DNA of 61,821 nt, the filler included, from Sphacelaria rigidula (lineage: Eukaryota): NCBI GenBank assembly GCA_964200075.2. It is 5 parts of 5 records of this genome, joined end to end, with 100 filler letters (N's around TTAATTAATTAA, not from the genome) between each part and the next. Parts side by side here need not be neighbours in the genome. Positions count along the whole stretch, not along the records: positions 12,386 to 24,670 come from CAXNAA020003921.1; 4 more parts are not named here. One strand, given 5' to 3'. Position 1 is the stretch's first letter; the number at the start of each line of letters is the position of its first letter. The notes under the pieces are model-generated. The model did not search any database. It saw nothing but the letters and a program-made list of their open reading frames with translations, and was not told the origin of the DNA. This document shows, piece by piece, positions 13,190-24,770 of the stretch. Both the position numbers and the translations under genes were made by a program.

Positions 13190-14490
13190 TACTGCAGCAA
13201 CGCCACACCAAACCACGCATCACACATAGAACCCAATGGGGAAAAACAGCAGTCTACACAACATCGTGGAGGAGAAACATGACATGTCGAAACACGAGAG
13301 GCTCGGATAGGAGCGAAAGACATTTGCTATGATGTAGTTCTTCAATGACGAATTCAGATGAACTATGCATTGTTGCGTCATCATTGCCCCTCCTGCAACA
13401 CGCTACTGCAGCACCGCCACACCAAACCACGCATCACACATGAAACCCAATAACGAATCTACACAACATCGAGCAGGAGAAACATGACATGTACCACGAG
13501 GGGCTCGGATAGGAGCGAAAGACATTTGCTATGATGTAGTTCTTCAATGACGAATTCAGATGAACTATGCATTGTTGCGTCATCATTGCCCCTCCTGACA
13601 CATACACTACTGCAGCACTGCCACACCAAACCACGCATCACACATAGAACCCAATGGGGGAAAGCGGCACTATACAAAACATCGCGGAGGAGAAACATGA
13701 CATGTACCACGAGGAGCTCGGATAGGAGCGAAAGACATTTGCTATGATGTAGTTCTTCAATGACGAATTCAGATGAACTATGCATTGTTGCGTCATCATT
13801 GCCCCTCCTGACACACGCTACTGCAGCACTGCCACACCAAACCACGCATCACACATGAAACCTAGTGAGGAATCTCCACAACATCGAGCAGGAGAAACAT
13901 GACATGTCGAAACACGAGGGGCTCGGATAGGAGCGAAAGACATTTGCTATGTAGTTCTTCAATGACGAATTCAGATGAACTGTGCATTGTTGCGTCATCA
14001 TTGCCCCTCCTGCAACACGCTACTGTAGCACTGCCACAAACACAAGAGCGTGTCACATGAAACCCAATGAGGAATCTACACAACATCGAGCAGGAGAAAC
14101 ATGACATGTCGTAACACGAGGGGCTCGGATAGGGGCGAAAGACATTTGCTATGATGTAGTTCTTCAATGACGAATTCAGATGAACTATGCATTGTTGCAT
14201 TATCATCGCCCCTCCTGCAACACGCTACTGTAGCACTGCCACAAACACAAGAGCGTGTTACATGAAACCCAATGAGGAATCTCCACAACATCGAGCAGGA
14301 GAAACATGACATGTCGAAACACGAGGGGCTCGGATAGCATTGCCTCTCCTGCAACACGCTACTGCAGCACTGCCACAAACATAGACACGTGTGACATGTA
14401 ACAAAATGGGGGAAGCGGCGGTCTACAAAACATCGAGAGGAGCGAGACGGCATGTCGGAACACGGTGGGCTCGGATAGGAGCGGAAGACA
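13190..14490 (+). repeat. Satellite array, unit about 202-214 bp, about 6.5-7 copies
   Basis: Units start near 13191, 13405, 13609, 13820, 14022, 14227 and 14361; core GGCTCGGATAGGAGCGAAAGACATTTGCTATGATGTAGTTCTTCAATGACGAATTCAGATGAACTATGCATTG. Confidence 0.95.
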
Positions 14491-15922
14491 TTTGCCGTCG
14501 TACACCCCTTTCGTGCACTTCATGACCAATAACATATATATATATATATAGATCATATTTATAGATAATTATGTATATATATCTATGTTGTGCCTTTACT
14601 GCCGCGCACTGGAGCAGCATCGCACACCACATAGAGGCGTCACACAGATGAAGTAGAAAGGCAACGCTTTGCCAACATGAAAAATGCAGCTGAGGTTTTT
14701 GAGCGAGGGGTTCGATGGAAACAGTTACTTTCTACTTCGGTGCAGTTTTGCAAGGAAGTTGTTCAGATGGGCCTAATTTGCTTTTGCATGACCGTCCCCT
14801 CTTCCGCGACAGCTTTAGACCAAAATAATCTTGACTGCACACATCGAGGAAAGGATTCAACATAAAAAGAAACAGACACGCATAGATTAACACCATCTGA
14901 GATGACACATGCTCAACAAACAACACACCGCTAGCCTCAGCGATGGGTGTGGATCCAGCTTTGACCCACCAGTCCCACCTACAACAGCGAAAAAAGTCCC
15001 ATGAAATGATAGGACGGCATCAACACCGTTGGTTGAGATAGCTCAATAGATGAGGCTCGAGCTCGTCGTTGTGTCCGCAAAAAGTAGACATCTACAAGCT
15101 GGGCCGCCCAAGGAGTAGACGTTCCTTTAGCCGGTTATAACTGACGATCTATCGCGGGTTGTGCCTACTACGACACGTCGTGGTAATCGGCGAATCAACG
15201 TCGTCCTTCACTCCACGTAGCGCTTCGATCTGACAAGTTCTCCTCGAACGAAATATCAAACTGTAGTCAGCTGCGAAATGTCGAGAGTCGGGGGTAGCAT
15301 GTGCGGCGGAATTAGGTGGGGAAACCGGCTGAAATCGCATTTTAGGTTACAGTCGATTGTGACGCGGCCGCAGAGTGATGGTGCTGCACGAGTTGTGGTT
15401 GTACAACACTGCATATCATGCTGTAGGCACGCTGTGTCTGAGATGGCACGCATATGAGACCTCCGGCGCGCCAAGGCGTCTGGTTGTAGTGTGCAAACCG
15501 GTGAGTAGTGGGTAAACAAAGCTTGTACGTCGAAGTTGCGGCTGAGTTTGTTGTACTCTGAAAGCAAGTCAACCGGTTCTCGAAAAAAAAGTGCCGGTTG
15601 CGCTCGTCGATTTCGAGTAGCTTGCTATGAAATTTTGACACATGTGCATGAGGTATGTGAGAAGCCCGTATCTTTTCCTATTGATTCTTTTCCTTTTCCC
15701 CCATGAGTTATGGGTGATCGAAAAATTGGAACGATTTATTTCGATACAAAATCGTCAACTCATTGAAACAGAATAACAATCAAGGAACGACGATAGGATC
15801 TTTACAACGCACCTCATGCACATCGTTTCGAAATTTCGCGGAAAATAAATCGTATAGCAAACCCACGTTTCATTTTTCGTTACTGGTCTATTTCCACGTG
15901 GGAGTCGGTCTTCAACGCGAAC

Positions 15923-16233
15923 ACGCGATTATGCAGCTCAATTTTGGGTCGTTTTCTATGAAATTTCGACACGATGTACAGGACGTGTGTGCCAAGACTT
16001 CATCTGCCCCCCACATGTTCTCGTCCTTCCTCCGTCCGCTATCGGCGACTGAATATATCAGAACAGTTATTCCGGAACAAAACCGTGGATAACCACGAGA
16101 AAAAAAAAGTAGGGAGGGCGGGGGCGTACTCAAAAAAAGTAGGGGGCAGATATATGAAGTTTTCGCACATACGTCCTTGACATCGTGTAAAATTCCATGG
16201 AGAACGACCCCGAATTGACCAGCATAATCGCGT
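15923..16233. mobile_element. Foldback or MITE-like element with about 90-bp inverted arms
   Basis: ACGCGATTATGC..GGGTCGTT..CACGATGT..CTTCATCTGCCCC (15923-16010) is the diverged reverse complement of 16142-16233. Confidence 0.7.
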
Positions 16234-17799
16234 CTTCACATCCCCGTCCGCGTCTTCGGCGGCCCAGCCGGTAGGTTGCAAGTGCAAGCACTGGCTAGCG
16301 CAATAAGTGAACGTTTGCATCGGAGTACCTCTGCCGGATGCCGTTGCGCTGTACGACTCATCAATTCCGTACTGTGACCACACTTGTCATGTATGCACCT
16401 CAGGGTGGATATATCACGTGGTGGATATCTCAGACCTCGGGGCAATGACCTCCTCATGCAACAGCAGTCAAGGATGATGCGATGAGCACGCACCACACGG
16501 TCTTCGGCATTGTTCTCAACGCTCCTACTACACCAACTCCGACATGGATCAAACACAACACGCAGACAAACGAACACAGAGCACTGTCGCAGTTGGAACA
16601 CAGCTACTGATCTACTCCCGAAATAGGACGCCACAGGGTCAAATATTGAGCATCGAGCACAGCTCCACAGTCGAAACTAGTGAGCACAGATCCTACATCA
16701 TACCCGCAGCGGCGACTAGCAATTTTTCAACGTATGCGCAGTCGGGATCCCATCTTGCTTTGTCGCCACTTTTCCACCAGCACAAACAAAAAAAACAGTA
16801 GTCCGTAGGTGCATAGCGGGGAACAACATGCGACGCCCTTCAGACGTTTTGCTGAGAGAGGCGGCTCAGCACATGAAGCCTACGTCATACACAATACCAG
16901 GTACCGCATTTTCCCGGCAAATTATTCCTCCCCTGTTGGTTCATCATCGCCGAGTGTATATCGGTAACATAAGGTTTGTCACCTCACCATCTCGACGCCC
17001 CTCTCTGAAAACACGAGAGATGCTGTTATCTCAACAGGTGAGATCTTGAGGACAGAACACCCACAAGTTCCGTCGGTGACGTCGAAAAATGACCGTGATC
17101 TGCCTGCCGTTAATGCCCACGGAACTAAGCAACGGCCGACGTGGTCGTATTTGGTGTGCTTGTGCCCGAGACCTTCACGCGCACTGTTTGGTTGTTTGAT
17201 TGAGGATGGAAGACATGAGACAAACACAACATGTCGAAGACTGATCTGGAACCGTGGACGACCACGCCTCAGCGGACTGCCATGACTGCCATAATAAAAC
17301 TTGAGCACAAAGAGGGCGCTCAGATAGGAGCGAAAGACATTTGCTGTGATCTGTCTTTTCAAAGAAACGTCCAGATGAACTATGCATTTTTTTTTGCATC
17401 ACCATTGCACCCTCTGTAGCAGTGAGTCACCATACACCGCATCTGGCCACCCCTGTGTATAGGACAGACGTACAGGACCAGCGCAAACTCATCTCACGCA
17501 TTGCTCCAAGTTCCACTGACCAAGGACTGAAACGGGGTCGGATACGTATGATGAGCATCGTCATCGAACTTCACATGAGTACTTGTATTTTGCAGTTGAC
17601 GACGTCGCCGTCGTTCTCAACCCAGTCAGAACTACTATTCTATCTACTAGACCGGGCTACCAATCTCACCGTCATGACTCAACACAGGAAATAAAACATC
17701 GAACACACGTATACCGCGCATATACACGTGCTTCCAATCGCGCCGGACGCAATGGGTCAACAACAAAGCGTAGGGCAACTGCTTCAAAACAATGCTGAC

Positions 17800-18850
17800 C
17801 CTTCAACTTTCGTCGCCTAGCAGCATCCTGTTGGAGAGCTGCATATGCGACCGCCGTCCGGGCAATCTACCCGTAGTTAGCCCTTGTGGCGCTAGCCAAA
17901 TCACAAGCTGTCCAGACGTTTCCCTGCTGAAAATTGCTAATAAGGAGGTGTCCAGACGTCTCCCTGCTGAAAATTTCAGCAGTCTCGAACGATAGCTCCT
18001 ACTGGCGCGCCAAGCACTCGCACTAATATCGATATTGTGACGCTAGCAGGTTGCTAGTACTGCAGCGTCTAAATGCTGTTGAGGGAATCCCCAGCTCCAC
18101 TAGCCTCAAGGTCTCAGTTGTCAGCCTTCACAACACCTCATCATTATACGAAGTAAACACCTGCAGCCCCCTACCATCAGGCCTGAGCTACACAGCAAGG
18201 GTCATCATCCACATGATGCCCTTGTCCCCTGGTCATCATCCAGGATCCACTGTATACTCAACCGTGACGGCGTGATTGCGCCACACACTACAACACCAGC
18301 ACGGACTCGAAAAAGATAGTCGTTTGGAATGTCAGGGGCTGGTCAGCAGACAATACGACAGTGAACATACAGGTTGCAATAAGGGGGCGTTGTTTATGGA
18401 GGTTATGATGATATTGGATGATGACAGACGGACGCAGCGATGCGTTTCCCCTCTGATCGTCCTGTGGAAAGACAACAGGGAGGCGTGTTATCTCAGCCAA
18501 ACGGGCAGGCGGGTAAATGTGCCCTCTGGACGTCGCTTCACAATCAGGGTATAATAGGTGAGTTTTGTGGTCGGACTTCGACGGCAATAGCGGTTCAGTA
18601 TACAGCAAAAGCAAGTCAATGGATTTCATCGTTTTGAAGTCGCCATTCACGATGGGGCTGATGTCAGGTTCGGACAAGGGGAGTGTCATCTTTTCCATGC
18701 GCACTTCATATACTGCAAAAATCGTGACATGGGCAAGTTCATGGGTGGGGACTTGGACGGCGACATGAATTTCATTCACAAAAATGTCAACTAAGCCCAT
18801 CATTCAAAGTCTTCATCGTCCACCATTGAGCCGCTCTTCAGGTCTGTATC
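17800..18850 (-). pseudogene. Decayed non-LTR retrotransposon reverse transcriptase (CRE/RLE-type)
   Basis: Motif order VAVQVP, GDFKTMKSID (like DFxNAFNSI), QDDQRG (like QGDPLG), then VRVLGAPVG near 18000-18025; stops and frameshifts. Confidence 0.5.
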
Positions 18851-19080
18851 CACAATGATCAGAGTACACTGCAACCGAGCCCAATAAACACCTGTACCCT
18901 GTTCCTTCTCATCCAAGTTTCACCTAAATGAGGAAAAACGACTTCGTATGGTACTATTAATAACGAGACGTGCCATCCGGCGGGGGCTTCCGTGCGTATT
19001 GAAATGTTTATCTTGGCTTTAGTGTGGGCTCACATATTTCAGGCTTTCACGCACTTACCGATGACTTCACTTTTGAGCTA

Positions 19081-19628
19081 CAGTAGTGGGTCGTCCAACT
19101 ATTCAGCGGGGTTTGGGGGTTTTCCCCGCGTACTACTCTTCGATAAAACTCGAAACTGCTAGCGTCGGTAGATTTTGGTACAATTAACAGATCATCCTCA
19201 AAACACAGTGCCCAAGTCAGTGCTAGTTGGTGTTCTCGGGCGAAACGATTAAATTCCTCGTTTATCATGAGGGTGTTATTGACCTGAAACACAGTTTTTC
19301 GGCTCTTGTGCAATGAGAAGGCAGGCTTTCAAAAAAATGAAAATGTACATTTCTTTTTAAAATAGGATCGGGACAAGCTCGATCGACCGAAAATACCGAA
19401 AAGAAAGAATCTGGGCTGAAACATCGCAGGACCCCCGATGATCGGTCAGCCCGTAAGTCACTCAATATTGGGTACAGATGATTTTTTTTCTTGGAATGTG
19501 GAGCAGATACAAATATCTTCAGACCCCCAATGTGATCAGCAGTGGCAAGCGAAAAGAGCCCAAGAAAACCGCCAATTACGGAGAGATCGCAAAATGCCTC
19601 AAAAAAATAGTTGGACCGCCTACTACTA
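19081..19628 (+). mobile_element. MITE of about 550 bp with TA target duplication (Tc1/mariner-like)
   Basis: TA|CAGTAGTGGGTCGTCCAACTA ... TAGTTGGACCGCCTACTACTA|TA; full copy in the opposite orientation at 30942-31494; partial copy at 48835-49340. Confidence 0.85.
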
Positions 19629-21150
19629 TACGCATCCCTCTGAAATATGAACACCACGATAACAGGGTAAAAAAAGTGTACATCGAAGTTGGTATATTGG
19701 TTGGTCGTAAGTTTCTACTTCGACACGATGCAGGTCGCCAGCACAGCAGTGAGGTGGTTCCTCACAGAGGTGAGGGGTTAGAGGAATTTTTGGCACTGCT
19801 TTTTTGGCTCAATGATTCATTATCGAACTTCAAGTGACCACCCATGGATCCAATCGTGGTCACGTGATACACGTACCTGAGACGAAACACAACTGCCACA
19901 CTCGCTGAAGGACATGAGAGACTATTATACCAAAAATCAAGAACAAAAGAAAAGAAAATAGTTCATCTCTGCCCGATGGCTTCGGTGGAAAAGATCTTAC
20001 GCAGAACTATACTTGAAAACTGCAGAAGCAAGATGCAGGTGTTGACACGAACAGACTTCCGACACAAAACGAGCACTCGTCGTCGAGGCATCGCATCATT
20101 GTGTACGTCACGTCCGTATCACAGCGTGTCAGACAGTTCGGGGAGGCGAAGAGCTCGTGGCTCCGACAGGAGCAAATCAAACATTTTGTATCTTGTAATA
20201 TTTTGAACAAATTGCACACGAATTGTGCGTTGGTTTCCTACTTGACTTTCATTCCGGTTCTTGAATTTATTCACCGTTTAATTTTTTTCACAGTTCCGTT
20301 CATTTTCCACCTCTATTTTTCTTGAGCGAAAATTCCTGTCTTGCTTACCTTGGGTACATCATTCCTGCGGATGATGACCACGGCTGGGTCCCTCTTGTGG
20401 ATGACCACAGGTTAATGTGCAAAACTTAACCGATCAATCACCATTAATGCGTGACGAAGACCTCGAAACAGAGACGTACAACGATGCTTTGTCCAGGTGA
20501 GTACAAAATATTCACGTGAAACGACGACGGAGGTCCCATGCCAACGAAAGAGATACGTGGGGTGTCATCCCGAAACAGCTTGAAGCAGGTAACCAGCTAC
20601 GAGAGAGTCTGAATGAATGCTTCAGGCAGGATACGTGCACCATGACATGAAGGGACTCGGATAGGAGCGAAAGACATTCGCAATTATGTACTTCAAATAA
20701 AACAAATCAGATAAACTATGCATTTTTGCATCGTCGCTGCCCTCGTTCTCGTCTGCACGCAACCACGCCGATAAAAGCACACATTTTGCTACACATGGTG
20801 CTACATTCAGGACCATGGCAACCTCGCGCTCGACGGTTGCAATAATTATGACAACATATTTTCCGGGGCATTGGCAGCACCGGGTATCACAGGGTACCCC
20901 AGGGAAGACTTGAGAGACACTCAGCATACGAGAATATCTTAAATACTGAGTTTCAGCCGTGCCGTGCTGTACCGTATCGTAACGTACCCTGACAATCATT
21001 TGGAGGACGTACAAATACTTGGTGCTACGAGGTACAGGGCAGGCGGTTGTGGTTGTTGTGACTGGATATGGTGGGGTGGATAGTTTCCCCATCCCGTCTG
21101 CGTTGAATGATATACTGATGTTGGTTTCTGATTCGTGACGATATGTTCAC

Positions 21151-21306
21151 CTGCGTGGGCAGCTCGGCGGAGTCCGACATCCGCAACCGTGCTCGGTTCG
21201 ATCGCTGGGTCACCGACTTGGAAGACGCGGACGTGAGCGGAGCGGACATGAAGGCATCGGCACAAGTAGCACCACCTGCAAGCACTAGTGCTAAGCGGCA
21301 CTTCAT
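21151..21306 (-). CDS. First coding exon of a probable plastid-targeted protein (signal plus transit peptide)
   Basis: MKCRLALVLAGGATCADA-FMSAPLTSASSKSVTQRSNRARLRMSDSAELPTQ: hydrophobic signal peptide, ASAF-like cleavage motif (ADAF), Ser/Arg-rich transit peptide, then donor CAG|GTGAAC. Confidence 0.65.
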
Positions 21307-24300
21307 GTTGTTTTCACGGTCGACTTGTAGTGGATAGCGGGGCGGGGGATTTCAGAGAGTAGAGTGGAGCGGGACGCAACAGCAACAGCCACAGCAGGAG
21401 GGCGCGAAAGGGCGGCCGGGTAGAGGGCAGTTTCGGGTTAGTGTCAACGGGCATTACAGGCGAAAACAAGTTGGATGTGCACGTCTACAAGACGAGGTCT
21501 AAAGGGCTCAACAGGGAGTTAGGAACTGGATCAGGAGTTTCACCTTGGCGGATTCGCCGCGCTCACAAATCTGCACCCGCGCAGTTTTCAGCAGCTCAGT
21601 ACAAGATCATCCTTGTGGTTTCCCCCCGGCTGGCCAAGGATCATTCCCCCGGAATGATTGAGGGTCCAGAGATCCGGTCCGTGCGTCGAAATCGGCTTTG
21701 AAAACGCTGGAAACTCAGAATGGTTTGCACACGCAGATTTATCGTCGAAGGTCGTGTCTTCTCAAACATTTTTAAACTCGAAAAATATCGGTGGAATCGG
21801 ATTTGCTCGTGTCACACGTCCACGGCAATCATTTTCTCATATGGCTTCCAGTTCACTTGACAGTCATTCGCGCGCGACCGGCAGGATGAAAAACAGACAT
21901 GCTCAGCTCTTTCGACCGAAAACACGCGGCGGGAATAAGGAAGGGGCACTTCACTCCTATCTTGCAGACCACCACGCTGCATACCACCTTTTCACAAGAC
22001 AATGTAAACCTCACACGCTTTTCTCAATAGTAAGAGGCACGCAGCAGCATAGATCACAAGCTGAGCGCAGGGTACATTCACCACAGTACAGAAATAGGAA
22101 ACGACACTACATGTACCACCTTTCAAGCATCATGTGTTCATTTTTAGCCCGTGAAAACTTGAACATGTTTGTAGGGGTTAGGGGCGGAACTGCGTGGTTA
22201 GGTGAGCGACCGACTTGCGTACAAGCTCATGAACAGTACAGGCGGTACGGAACTACAAGTTGTTCGAATGATTCCCGCATTTTTCTGTAAGCAGATAGTA
22301 TGGAGAGTTCTGTGCTGTCTGTACTGCACACTGTCTGTCTATTTCTCTATATCCAACTGTACAAAGCAAACACGCTGTGGAGACAGTAGGGCAGAACAGT
22401 GTTGTCTGTATTGATTACAATGGAACAAGTGTCGATTCATTAATTCGACCGTCTTTTCCGACTGAAAGCGCGCGAATTCGCTCCGACCCGAACCCAGTCA
22501 AACAAACAATTCAATTCCGCCGCACCAATTCGGTCGACACCAAGTTCTTCCCAAGACACGACCGAAAAGTCGATCTTGTTCGGCCAGCACCAGGATGCCA
22601 CAATCTGATTCACTTGGTGCACAGGGTTGTACTGAATATAGTCCAGCACATTGGTAGGTGCCCAGGACATTTGAAGGATGCTCAACAACACTTGCCATAC
22701 GCTGCAGATCATGATACCAAGCTTCAGCATCCTTCGGGGAGCTGCTTGCTTCTCGAGTCTACGGATCTATGCGCGAGGACAATGTTCGAGAGGCAACTTT
22801 TGTGGCCGCGGAGCAATTTTGAGAGAATAGCAAAGGACGCTCAAAAGCGTGCTTGCTCCAGAGAGAAAGGCTGCGTTTGCTTTAAAATTCAGTCTGCCAG
22901 CTTTGTTCGAAGCGTCCCGCACTGAGTCCCCGGATTCCTCTCACCCCGACGCACATGGAAAACTTAGCACAAGGTTGGGCAAAGAGCCTGCCAATTGTTT
23001 AGGCTTGTTCTGCACCCACGTTTGCCGCACTGTTGGCGACACCCATGGAATTTCACGTTGACATCGCCGCGTGCATCCGGAGGGGGGAAGGGAAATGTCG
23101 CATGGATTTGGTTTGGGGGACGAGGGGGGAGGGGGGACAGGGTATTCTCTCGCACGTACTCTGCCGTGGATAAGCCAACGCATCCCGCACGAGATTGCGG
23201 TCTGGACCCTGATTTTGTTCAAGTCTCTCCTACCCAACGTGTACCCTGTGGGGATTCCAAGGGGGGGGTCCAGAAAAGTCCCGCATTGTTTGTGAGGCCA
23301 GGGTCTGTAAGACGGACAGTACTGTCTGTAATGAACTCAGTGAGCGATGTTTTTTTCATCTTTCCATGGTCGAAGGTGAGACGACAAGGACATGGTGCAA
23401 CTACAGCAGCACGAGAGCGACTTGTACGCGCACGAGTTGGTGCAATGGGATGACCACACGTACCCAAAATCTAGTCGAGCAACGAAATGGCCGCGGACGT
23501 CTCCCAGGCGCGAAACCTTGACTTATCCACTCGTTCACTCGGACATATAACCAAGTTTGTTCCGATCCAGGCACGGAGCTCGTGACGGATTTAGCGGGTG
23601 GCATCGAGCGCGAGATTTTTTTTTAATCGGCAAGATGCATGGGTACGATAAACGAAGTCTGACTAGAAGTAAATTGCCTGCAAATGTCGGTCAAGAACAA
23701 GACAATCTAATGTTTGAGGCAACCCGCTTAGAATCGACTTTGAAAAAATGCTCGACACAGACACACCATCAGAAGAGTTCCCGACGACACTAAATTCGGC
23801 GACGTGACCGCGGCAGTTTCTTGAAATTGCCGCTAAGACGTTTTTATACAAGGTACCCGACGTATTACACCCCATCAACGGGGTGTATGCTGCGGCGGCA
23901 TTACAACAGTTGTTGTACCACTCGCAGGAACGGGGCAATTTATGTCGCCTCTGATCAAAGTGTACTTGTACGAGGACATGATGCAACAGCAGTAAAGGTA
24001 AAGGCGGTACACAGCACAGACTGAGATGCAGGCGTGGTTTAACCCTTAGACAGCGACCCCCCCGGTGGCAGACTAAGGTAGACACTGCACTTTTTGGGGT
24101 TCAGAATTATTCCTTTGTTACGACTCAAAACGCCTACTCTACGGCGGAAGGGACCGCGAGTGAATAGGAGGTACATAGTTGCGTCATAACAAAGGCGGTG
24201 GTGTGGTTGTCGACCACCTGATTACTACGCCTCATATTTTTGCTGTGCAGTCTGAAGTGTATCGTGCCGCGGCTGGACGTGCGGTGTGCGGGGTACTAGA

Positions 24301-24670
24301 TCTTACAGTGTTGAACGTGACGAGTGTACGCAGCATGCGTTTGGATATCGCACCATGACTACCGCCGCGAACGCCCCTAACTACCGTAGAGCGATTGCTC
24401 GGCGATGGCGGTCGCCTCACCGTCGAAACTTGTCTATATCTACGTGCGTCGGGTACGCTTGGCTGCCGCTCGCGCGTTGCGCCATGACGTTTGATACCAG
24501 ATGGAGGTGTGGAGCTAGTAGGACGCTCAGGCAGTACTGAACAGACAGACACGCACAGTCTACCGAAGATGCTCAAACACCTGCGTGTTGGTTGTACAAT
24601 ATATGGTTGATTAGGAATGATCAAAATGGGTCATGAGGGTAGACAGCGAATGTGTCTACCAGGTGTCTAC

Positions 24671-24770
24671 NNNNNNNNNNNNNNNNNNNNNNNNNNNNNN
24701 NNNNNNNNNNNNNNTTAATTAATTAANNNNNNNNNNNNNNNNNNNNNNNNNNNNNNNNNNNNNNNNNNNN
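24671..24770. other. Artificial contig linker (N44-TTAATTAATTAA-N44)
   Basis: Identical to the other linkers. Confidence 0.98.

Noticed and set aside
13190-14490. CRISPR array or repeat-protein CDS (ORFs 13434-14453)
   Set aside because: Whole units are repeated with no unique spacers; unit lengths are not consistently multiples of three and frames contain stops.
21658-24085. ORFs of 140-210 aa (also 47242-47892 and 56784-57446)
   Set aside because: No domain signature; composition fits chance ORFs in repeat or intronic DNA.
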